NCBI GenBank assembly: GCA_951406725.2
Contig: OX597831.1
Span: forward strand, 47,368,001 to 47,432,000
Origin: Octopus vulgaris
Taxonomy: Eukaryota
Reading direction: 5' to 3'
Length of the DNA stretch: 64,000 nt
A program made the translations under genes and the position numbers. The notes under the pieces are model-generated. The model saw only the letters and a list, made by a program, of their open reading frames with translations. It ran no database searches and was not told where the DNA came from. This document shows positions 27,091-39,494 of the stretch, one piece after another; the stretch's first letter is position 1; each line of letters starts with the position of its first letter.

Positions 27091-29423
27091 TTAAAACTGG
27101 CAGGATCATCAGCATGCTGGGTGAAATGCTAAGCAGTATTTCATCTGTCTGTGCTTTCTGAGTTCAAATTCTGCTGAGGTCAACTTGGCCTTTGATCCTT
27201 TTAAGATCAATAAAATAAGTACCAGTTTAGTACTGGGATCGATGTAATCGACTTACTCCCTCCCCCAAAATCGATGGCCTTCTGCCAAAATTTGAAATCA
27301 CCATCATCATTATTATTATTTTTATTGTTATTATTATTACTATTATTATTATTATTATTTTATAGATCTATGCCAAAAAGCAAAAAGTACAACGAAAGAA
27401 ATTTTGGGGGGACATGAGGATTATAAAGCGTGATGTGCCTCGGACTGACCGTAACCATGAACTTTTTCGGTAATTATCCTCTTTCTTTTTGACTGGAATT
27501 TCATTGGTGATGTTTACTTGCTACCTAAAACTACGTTGCTAATTGGTTTAATTAGCTTAACTGTCTTTAATTCATTAACGAGAGGAGAAAAAAAAAAACA
27601 GATTTAATTTGAAGCTTCAGTGTGTTTGAGTGTATGTGTCTTTATGTGTTTGTGTTTGAGTCTGTCTATATAATGTGTGTGTGTGTGAGAGAGAGAGAGA
27701 GATAGAGACTCAAGAAAGAAAATGCAATATATACTTGATTATTTCAGTAGACTTGTCAGGTAAATGAAAACAAAGAATATTAATGCTATCATCATCATCG
27801 TCATCATCAATATCATTGCTCTTGTCATCATTGTTGCTGCTGCTGCCACCACTGCAATCTTATTTACTCTTTTACCTGTTTCAGTCATTTGACTGCGGCC
27901 ATGCTGGAGCACCACCTTTAATCGAGCAACTCGACCCCGGGACTTATTCTTTTGTAAGCCCAGTACTTATTCTATCGGTCTCTTTTGCCGAACCGCTAAG
28001 TAACGGGGACATAAACACACCAGCATCGGTTGTCAAGCGATGCTAGGGGGACAAACACAGACACACAAACACACACGCATTTATATATATATACATATAT
28101 ACGACGGGCTTCTTTCAGTTTCCGTCTACCAAATCCACTCACAAGGCTTTGGTCGGCCCGAGGCAATAGTAGAAGACACTTGCCCAAGGTGCCACGCAGT
28201 GGGACTGAACCCGGAGCCATGTGGTTGGTAAACAAGCTACTTACCACACAGCCACTCCTACGCCTATTTGTCATTAGCTTCCGTTTCAATCTGGGTCAGC
28301 TCTGATTGAGTAGACCTATAATGGAAAGTGTTCCAGTTATGACCATTACAGCCTATCCCATCCTTCTCTGTGTCATTGCATACCTAGGACTACATTATCT
28401 AATGTGTCCTTCCATTTCTAAAAGTGGTAGGCTCTGATTTAATGGTGATTTGACTCATTTTTAGCTGGGCATGTGGCCATGTAGAGGCTCACTCTTTGGC
28501 CTACTCTCTCTTTGAATTAATCTCATCATCATCAGGTTATTGTTATGTGAGAGATTCTATTTGAAATGAGGTTACAAATGTTACTTGTGTGTGTATGTAT
28601 GCTTGTGTGTATGTGTGTATATTTGTGTATGTATATATATATATATATATGATAGGTGTGGCAGAGTGATTTAGAAGTTTGCTTCTCAATCGCATAAGTT
28701 TGAGTTCAGCCCCACTGCGTGTCACCTTTAGACCTATAGCAAGTGTCTTCAACCTATAGCCTATTGTAGATTGTAACTGAAAAAAAATAATTGTCATATA
28801 TATATATATATATATATAGCATAAGAGGAAGTGGTGTTTCCACGCAGGAAAAAAATATAGGAAAATGCGTTGTTGAAAATGCACTTAAATTTCAAAAGCT
28901 CGTAAATGTTTAAGATACATTTATTTACATATATACCAAACTAGTTTCAACAATATTTTTTGTTTAGCAATGGTAAAAGTGTAAAATTAGAAAAACATCA
29001 TTATAAGTTTCAATGTTGACAAATCAAAATGTTTCAATGTTGACAAATCAAAATGTTTCAATGTTGACAAACTGAAATGTTTCAATGTTGTTAAATTAAA
29101 ATGTTTCAATGATTTGTCAATATTGAAACTTATAACGATGTTTTTTTCTAATTTTACACTTTTACCATTGATAAACAAAAAATATTGTTGAAACTGGTTT
29201 GATATATATGTAAATAAATGTATTTTAAACATTTACGAGCCTTTGAAACCTAAGTGCATTTTCAACAACACATTTTCCTATATATATATATATATATATA
29301 TATCCGGGTATAAAAATCTGCCTCCTCGTGATCTATCAAGCATGGAAAAATATGATGGTGCAAGGGGAGGGTTTCTACTTTGTTACATGATCTGCTCAAT
29401 ATAAACACTCATATGCGTGTGCA

Positions 29424-29470
<47 letters not shown>

Positions 29471-29825
29471 TAGCATGGAGAATGGACGTTAAACGATACA
29501 CACACAAACACACACACATGCATACACTCTTGCATTACATCATTATTATGAGCATACCCCAGTATTTGGAGGTTATTCAGGCATTCTAGCTGCTGATTGG
29601 ATTAAATTGTTTCTTCACACAATTTTGATTTCTTATTGTATATCCGGGATTAGAAAATCTGCCTCGGTGATCCCCACCTGATTCCTGCAAGCATGGAAAC
29701 AAGTGATAATGATGATGGTGATATATATATATATATATTCAAAGTACAGAGACATGGCACAATGATAATGATGCAATGAAAAAGTTTCTACTTTGTTGCA
29801 TGATCTGCTCAATATAAACACTCAC

Positions 29826-29875
<50 letters not shown>

Positions 29876-30804
29876 TTATAGTAATCCCCCAACTGTGGAG
29901 GCGCAATGGCCCAATGGTTAGGGCAGCGGACTCGCGGTCGGAGGATCGTGGTTTCAATTCCCAGACCGGGCATTGTGTGTGTTTATTGTCCGAAAACACC
30001 TAAAAGCTGTATGAGGCTCCGGCAGGGTGTGGTGGCGACCCCTGTTGTACTCTTTCACCCCAACTTTCTCTCACTCTTTCTTCCTGTTTCTTGAGTAATG
30101 CTGTGATGGACTGGCGTCCCGTCCAGCTGGGGGGAACACATACGCCACAGAAACCAGGAAACCGGGGCCATGAGCCTGGCTAGGCTTGAAAAGGGTGCAA
30201 AGGAACAAAGAAGAATCTCTCAACTATTGTGAGTGTTACGTTCCCAAACTCCCCCACGACAGTTGAAAATCTATGAAGTAGAAACAGTGCTGTACTGTTT
30301 ATTTTTTTATTATTTTTTTTATAATCTCTATATATTTTATCATAAATGTAAAACAATGTAAGCTTAAATAATAAACCGTGAAAGGTGAATGGCGATATGT
30401 ATGTATGTATATAGTTTATAGGTTAGAGACATGTATGTATGTACATATGTGTGTGTGCATGTATGTATGTATACACTCCTACATTGCATCATTATTATTG
30501 GTAATGCCCCAGTATTTGGAGCCTACTCCGGCATTCTAGCTGCTGATTGGATGAAATTGTTTCCTCCTCACATAATCTTAATTTCTTATCATATTAATCT
30601 GAACTATGTCCAATCATGTGTGTGATAGAATCATTGTTTGGCTGCCTTGTGTTATATTTAAATCATTAGAGACTTTTTTTTTTCTTTTTCCTTCTTCACC
30701 TAACATAGTTTTTACATACTCATTAACAGAGCTTGATATATACTTGTCATTATCTCATTAAGTGGCTTTTTCTCAAACTTTGTGTTTATGTGTAATTGTG
30801 TGTC

Positions 30805-30842
<38 letters not shown>

Positions 30843-32018
30843 GTGGGTGTTGTTGATCAATTAAAATTTGTTTTGTCCCATATTTATCCTGTATCCTGTA
30901 TTTTATTTTGCCATTTTTCTAGTTACAGAATTCTAAGATTTGTCTGAAGTTGTCAAAATTCGAATATGCAAACTAATGGAAAGAATAAAGTTTTTGCATC
31001 TATTATTATGTCTGTCTGTGAGGCAGCAAGCTTGTAGGATTGTTAGCACACCGGGCAAAATGCTTAGTAGTATTTTGGCCATCTTTAAGTTCTGAGTTCA
31101 AATTCCACTGAGGTCGACTTCGCCTTTCATCTTTTCAGGGTCGATAAAATAAGTATCACTGGGTTCAATGTAATCAATTTATTCCCTGCCCCCAAATTGC
31201 TGGCGTTGTGTCAAAATTAGAAAGCGTTATTATGTTTCCCTATCAGTGGAGGCAATGGGCCAACCACTCATGCTATTGACATAACCTTTCTGTTGTAGAA
31301 ATGAAATGTCTGGCAGTTACTGGTCCTACTTTTGAAAGTTCCTCCTGGCTAGGGCACCAGTCCTTCACAAGGTTAACTCCAGCTGCTATTTGTACTCATT
31401 TTCACTAGAGAGGACTCGAGTAACACATGTTACTCAAGGATAGCTTGGTACAACTTGGTCCAAGTGTTGAATGCATAAGCATATGATCTTGACTCCAACA
31501 TCTTTACACATAGGCTATATATGTTCACACCTATTATTATTATAGAATTTTTTTTTGTTTTTAATTATTATTTCTATGATGATTGGAGAAAATGTCTGAT
31601 TAATCAGTATTATTGTTTCACTCTTCTTCAAAATGTATGTAAATATACACTTATTAGGAGTTTAGCAGCATGTTGTTGGTTAGTCAGAAGTACTTACTCC
31701 TCATGGTTCAGTATGTTTTGGTTCTTTGAACTTTCCTGCACAAATCTGGAGCAATCAGAGCTACACATAAATGCACAATTTATTTAACAGGAGCATATAG
31801 TAACTATCAGTACATAAATATAAGAAAAATCCAGGCGGACCTAGTTCAAGATAAAGGCTCTGAAGTGTAAATTCAAATCATTTGAGCACTAATATATTGA
31901 GCATCTCTAGATCTCACCTCTTGACTCTGTGTGTGTGTGTGTGGATGTGTGTAACATACCTACTCTATTAACAAATATATAGGCACCTATTTTTTTCTGA
32001 CATAGATTCTTAAACTAA

Positions 32019-32069
<51 letters not shown>

Positions 32070-33726
32070 TAAATAAATAAATGAAAGAATGGAGTTGAAC
32101 GACGACAAAATAAAGGAATTTTGTTAATTCGTCGTTCAACTCCATTCTTTCATTTATTTGTATTTAAAAAACACACAAATTTCCACATGAAAGCACGTGA
32201 TCTCTGCCCTTGGCATGTAGCTTCAACCGTGTTTTTCTGACGTGAATTTGCTACCCAGTTATCGGTTAACCGAATTATCCATAATAAGATAATTCATTCA
32301 ACTACTCAAATATATATATATATATATATATGCATGCATATATACTTACAAGCAGACTGTCTGATATTGATGGGGCTGAAAAGTAGATGTAAATAGCTCA
32401 GAGGTGTTCTTAATGAATGCATTTTCTGAGTAACAGAACACTATTAGATTTTCTTGAAAGTTATCTCCCTTCTTAAGAAATTGCTATGTAGCAATCCATG
32501 TTTAAAAACACTGTGTTTGGAGCTGCAGATTTCCACTGCTTGTTAATAATTTATTGCGCAATTAAAATGTCTAAATAACATTCAGGTAATTGAGGCACAA
32601 TAATTAAGAACACAGGATTGAGTAGATGTGGACAGTTTTATTCGATTTGACACTATTATTTTATCTATTATCATTAACAATCTCTAGACATAGGGCTGCA
32701 GCCATGCCGGGTTTACTCTAACAAATCACCCCCAGTCTATTATTTAAGTCTGATATTTATTTTATCGGTTTTATTACTGAACTGCTAAGTTACAAGGAAC
32801 ATAAACTAACCCTTGTCTAGATATTATGTGATGGTTGTAAACGAGCATCATTGTTATATAAGCAAGGTTTCTTATCTCTTGGCTTCTGTGGAAAATATAT
32901 CTGGCTTTTTTTTTTCACTGCTTTCACAGCTTCCCATGTCTCTGTCATCATCCATTTCTGTTATTATGAATTTGAATTGGGTGCTTGAGTTATAGTGAAT
33001 CTTTCATTAGCTGATTACACAACTATGAATGCCACCCCTAATGGATGCTCTTGATAGAGCTGGGTGATCCTGACCATTTATCTTTTAGGATTCTTCTGCT
33101 CAGTATCAGCGTCAGAAGCACCATTGCTCAGTTGCATTCTTCTATACCTTTTCATAATCTGCCATGCTGCAGTACCAGTTCTTCACCATATCCCTGGCAG
33201 GGTGGTTAACAGGTTCTATGCCTCACTAAAGGGCATCCTGTAACTATGCAGGGCATGGTTGTCATTCCGTGAGATATTTTCAATGGGGAAATATTACCTT
33301 GCTTGGAAACAGATGAGGGTTGGTGATAGGAACGGTATCTGACCATAGGTAAATTCTGTCTCAACAAATTCTGTCTAACCCATGCCAGCATAGAAACGTG
33401 AATGTTAAATGATGATGATGATGATAATGAATTATCTTTTCCTGATCCATAAACAGGAGTGAAGAGTCTGGCATGGTGAAGTAAGATAGATAGATAGATA
33501 GAGAGAGAGTATTCCTTTACTTGTTTCAGTCATTTGACTGTGGCCATGCTGGAGCACTGCCTTTAGTCAAGCAAATCGACCCCAGGACTTATTCTTTGTA
33601 AGCCTAGTACTTATGCTATTGGTCTCTTTTGCCGAACCGCTAAGTTACAGGGATGTAAGCACACCAGCATCGGTTGTCAAGTGATGTTGGGGGGACAAAC
33701 ACAGACATACAAGCACATACACACAC

Positions 33727-33791
<65 letters not shown>

Positions 33792-36700
33792 TATATATAT
33801 GACGGGCTTCTTTCTGTTTCCATCTACCAAATCCACTCACAAGGCTTTGGTCAGCTCAAGGCTTTAGTAGAAGACACTTGCCCAAGGTGCCACGCAGTGG
33901 GATTGAACCCAGAACCATGTGGTTCGTAAGCACGCTACTTACCACACAGCCACTCCTATGCCTTTGACTATTATAACTTACCATTTTCATGTATTGTCAT
34001 CATTTGATGTCCACTTTTCCATGTTTACATGGATAAGATGAATTGGGTGAGGCAAATTTTTCTATAGCTGGATGCCCTTCCTGTTGCCAACCCCCATCGG
34101 TTTCCAAGCAAGGTAATATTTTACCTTAGACATGGAAGACTGGAAATGAACAACCTCACTTGTATGACAATGGTGCACATGTAATGTCTAAACGAGCTTA
34201 CACCCACACTTATACATGTGTGTGTGTGTTACCTACTATTGTAATAATGATATCTATGGTAGAAAATCTAAAAAATTTTACAGATGTATTTTGTCAGTGA
34301 AATTGGCCACAGTACTTGACTTTTACTTTATTTGATTTACTATTAGAGAATGAATGGCAAAGCCAACTTCAGCTGGATTTGAACTCAAATAGTAAAAGGC
34401 TATGATCAAATACTGCACAGTATTGTTGCCTGAGACTCTAACAAGTCTGCCAACATCTAATCTTGATCTCTAACATTGACACAAAACCAGATAGTATACT
34501 TGATTAATTGGGCACAGTATTGACTAGTATTTTAGCTTATCTACCCAGGATGTTCTGCTTCATTTATCCTATGTTTGATTAATTATTGATATTGGCAGCT
34601 GGCCAAATCAATACAGTATTGGTTATTTGGCAGAAGAGTTGGTGGTGCATATCCTATCAGATTCACTGCTTTTAGTGTTAGGTAACTTAATTCTCATTGA
34701 CCCAATTTTCTAGTGTTAAAGATACTGCTGCAGTGTTAGGTTGTTGCTACACATTGTTGGTATATTTTACAATGGACAAGCTTTTGGGTTTTTTTTTTAT
34801 TGTTGTTTCGTACCAGGTCAACCTGATCAAGCAGACCAATGATCAGAGCTGGTTTTAAGCCAGTTAGGTTTGCTCAAATTGGGTCCTACTTCAGGAGAGG
34901 GCCCTGCACATACACACTCAAGCAGAAGATACTATGATGTATTTGTAGTATGACATTATAGCTAATGGTGTTATGGTGGAGCCTCAAGCCCTCAACCCAT
35001 TTTGACCGGGACTTGCATACTACACAAAACATAAAACATCAACTCATCAGCTTTTGTAGAGAAGAGAGCTCCACAATTCGCTATTTGGGCTCCCACACTT
35101 TCTATCACCCTCCTTGCCTATGATCAAAGGCGTTCTGGCCCTGACCTCCAATCCTTCCCCCAGGCACAGCATTTCTAGCCTTATCCAATATGTTTTTCCA
35201 TTTTTCAAATGGTAGCATGTGGTTTGAGGAAGATTTGACTACTATTTCTAACAGATTGAGTGACTGCATAGAGTGACTGAACTTATATATAATCCTTCTA
35301 TAGACCTGGAGAAGATAATGGAAAATGATTCCTTTGTATTTTATTTTAAATGATGTGAAGATAATGTATTTAATTTTGTTGTAGCTGTCCCATTGGCTTT
35401 CACTATTCCTTTATTAATAACTTCTTAACCTTTATTCCTTGAAATGTTATATAATACAACATGCTTGTATTAGCATGGAAAAAATATGGCCATATTTTTT
35501 CCCCATACCTGTTAGCTCTGACGAGCACATGATATTATATAACTGTGAAGTAATCTAACAGCTGTTTTAATGCGCTGTGTGAAACCAATTGGTAAGATCA
35601 GCTGTAATGGACATATAATTCTGTACACGGAATAACACATTGACTTTATTGACAAAATATACATTGAATACTTTTTCTGACTTATGGGTTCTTAGATGAC
35701 TATATGTGTGTGTGTATGCGTGTGTGTATGTATACGTGTGTGTGTATATGTATACATATATCTGTATTTATTTATGTGTGTGTGTGTGTGTGCATGTGTG
35801 TAGATGAATGGACGGACACAGACACACACACATACTTCCACTCAGTTTCCATTTATCCTCCATGCCGGTGGCACATAAAAAGCACCATCCGATTGTGGCC
35901 ATTTCCAGCCTCGTCTGGCCCCCATGCCGGTGGCACGTAAAAAGTACCATCCGATCGTGGCAGTTTGCCAGCCTCGTATGGCAACTGTGCAGGTGGCACG
36001 TAAAAAACACCCACTACACTCACGGAGTGGTTGGCGTTAGGAAGGGCATCCAGCTGTAGAAACACTGCCAGATCAGACTGGGCCTGGAGCAGCCCACTGG
36101 CTTTCCAGACCCCAGTTGAACCGTCCAACCCATGCTAGCATGGAAAACGGACGTTAAGTGATGATGAAATTCTCTCACAAAACATCAATCAGCCTAGGGT
36201 TATATAGGAAGATACTTGCTCAAGTTACCATGCAGTGGCACTGAACAAGAAACCATGTGGATGCCAAGTGAGCTTCTTAACCACCAAACAACCCTCCACC
36301 CACACACATACACACACAGCAAAAGAAATTGGTAGCTCTCTTGTATTTGTGTTTCAGAATAATAAAGACTTGCAACCAACTCATATCTGATATAAAACAG
36401 TGACGATAATCCCTTCTGAGTACTTCATATCTTACTTATTAGCTTGGCTGGTATAACTAAGTGGAGTAAAGTATATTTAATCCTTGAGATATTAAATGAA
36501 TCTAAAATAAGATCAAATATACAAGAAAAAAATAAAATTAATGTTAGTGGTGATTAATGTAAATCTTAGCACCTGCAAGTAGGGGAGATAACTTAGAATG
36601 TTTCACTTTTATTAGAATTATCTATTTTTTTACTACCCACAAGGGGCTAAACACAGAGAGGACAAACAAGGACAGACAAACGGATTAAGTCGATTATATC

Positions 36701-39462
36701 GACCCCAGTGCGTAACTGGTACTTATTTAATCGACCCCGAAAGGATAGAAGGCAAAGTCGACCTTGGCGGAATTTGAACTCAGAACGTAACGGCAGACGA
36801 AATACGGCTACGCATTTCGCCTGGCGTATCAATAAAAGAATAGTCACACCATAGAAAGAAGCCTGTTGTATGTATATGTGTGTGTTTGTGTTTGTCCCCA
36901 CTGCCACTTGACAACCTGTGTTGGTGTGTTTACGTCCCCATAACTTAATGGTTTGGCAAAAGAGAATAAATAACAGGCTTTGGAAAACTGGAAATATGTA
37001 CTGGAGTCAATTAGTTCAACTGAAATTCCTCAAGGTGGTGCTCTAGCATGGCCACAGTCTAATGACTGAAACAAGTTAAAAGATAGTGTTGTAGGTTTCA
37101 ACATTTTGTAGCTCGGTGCTCATCAGTGATTGGTCAATAAGAAATGATGACATAATCTTATACTATCATTCCTTATTGACCAATCATTGATTGAGTGTAG
37201 ATCGCTGTTTAATCCTTCTTTATTGCACAGACAGTAACCAATATAGATTGATATTAATTTATTTTTGTCTGATTAATCAATGACCATCTTTCTTTGACTC
37301 ATCATACATCTTTCATTTCCTTCTTTGCAGGGAGGACGACAGCAAGTATTTAGAATGGCTGAGGAATATGCTGACAACCTACACCTACTTCCATCGAGAA
37401 GTAGGATACACCCAAGGCATGAATGATATTGCTGCTAGTTTTTTATCTACATTCCAAAATGAGGTAAACATTTAAAAAATATGCTGCCATCCTTATGATT
37501 AACCTTTTTGTTGGAATATACTTTTTCTTTTCAAGTAATTTGGAAAATAATGAAAAATATAGTAATATAATTTTGTCATATTTAAGCCAATGTTTAAGGT
37601 GATGAGCTCAGAGAATTGTTAGCATACCAGACAAAATGCTTTATGGAATTTCGTCCATCTTTACATTCTTGGTTCAAATTCCTCTGAGGTCAGAGCAGAT
37701 GAAAATTGTTGAGGAAGATTTTCTGTAGTTACATACCCATCCTCTTGTTACCCTTTACTTCAGAGGTGGGCAACTTTTTGTCAACTGGGGGCCGCATTGT
37801 ACCATTTCCAAGTGGGAGAGGGCCACATGATAAAGCACATGTGCATGAAATATTACTTGCCCACTTTACATTGGATTTCTCTGAAGTTCTTCTTAATTTT
37901 ATTAGTATGAAATTTTATTTGTCTCAGTATGAAACTCAAGGGCTGCACAGCAACATGTTGAGGGCCGTATGTGGCCCGCTGGCAGCAGGTTGCCCATGTA
38001 TGCTTCACTTGTTTAGAAGTACAGAAATATTCTTCATGGGTGGAAATATTTTCATGGAAGATCGGAAACAAACAACATCGCTTGTATGATGGTGATGCTT
38101 GTTTACAACCATCACATGATGTCAAGACAAGAGCAAGTGTATACACAAGCATAATTACACACACACACACATTGGTGTGTGTGTACATACATATATGTAT
38201 ATGTATAAATAACAACAGATGGATGATGTGTCTATTCACTACAGCTGTTACCAACATTAATCAATTAAAAATTGATTAATAGAGACATTACATCATTAAA
38301 ACAAAAACGTTTCTGTCAGGTGAATACATGGTCCATCTTCATGATTCTGACCCTTGTATACAGTTTACTTTTTAACCTGACCCAGTGCCTTACCATTTAA
38401 GTGCCTGATTCACTTGAATCCTGATCTGTTATGTATGTATGTATGTATGTATGTGTGTGTGTGTGTATATATTCTTTTACTTGTTCCAGTCATTTGACTG
38501 CGACCATGCTGGAGCACCACCTTTAGTCAAACAAATTGACCCCAGGACTTATTCTTTGTAAGCCTAGTAGTTATTCTATCAATCTCGTTTTGCTGAACTA
38601 CTAAGTTACGGGGACGTAAACACACCAGCATTGGTTGTCAAGCGATGGTGGGGGAACAAACACAGACACACAAACATATATACAATGGGCTTCTTTCAGT
38701 TTGCATCCACCAAATCCACTCACAAGGCTTTGGTCAGCCCGAGGGTATGGTAGAAGATACTTGCCCAAGGTGCCATGCAGTGAGACTGAACCCAGAGCCA
38801 TGTGGTTGGTAAGCAAGCTACTTACCACACAGCCACTCCTGTGCCTATTATATATATATATATATATAGATATTAAAAATGGGAAGGGCTAGTTTATGTG
38901 ATTACCTTTGGTTTCTTGTGCATAAAGGGTTTTGCTTTATGGTGTATTGTCAGATCTCAAAAACCTGTTGGCCCTCTTAAAAATATGGAAATACTTATTT
39001 CTGTATTTTTAAGAGGTCATGGGCCAACAGGCTTTGGGATCTGACGATATGCCATAAAACTAAACCCTTTATGTGCTGGAAACAAGGTTACCTCATAAAC
39101 CTGCCTTCCCCATTTTTAATATATATTGCTCTACGTCTTAGAGTTTGCTTCTTCTTTCAGATTTATGTTTTTTTACAAATATATATATATGTATTTATAA
39201 CAGTTACTATAGTAACTGTTATAAATAATTTAATTGTTCATAGTCTAATATAATATTTCGGAATATAAAAATTCCTTCCTCAAATATTGCTAGGAATTAA
39301 TGGAGTCACTGTTATAATCGGTTTTCCAGTGGTTACTGAAGTTAGTCAGAAGCATCTCTGGAGCAGTCTGATGAAGCTCCTTCGGGAATTCCTCATGAGA
39401 AGTGCATGAGGGCAGACAATTCTCGAATTCATGTGTGTTGACATATCTGCAGTGCTGCTTCC

Positions 39463-39494
<32 letters not shown>

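Noticed and set aside
29007-29111. 24-bp direct repeats resembling a CRISPR array
   Set aside because: Contiguous units with no spacers, no cas genes, eukaryotic context.
35040-35056. Isolated CTGANGA matches (also 1897, 11345, 14407, 39051, 59567)
   Set aside because: No properly placed helix II, GAAA and NUH; expected by chance.
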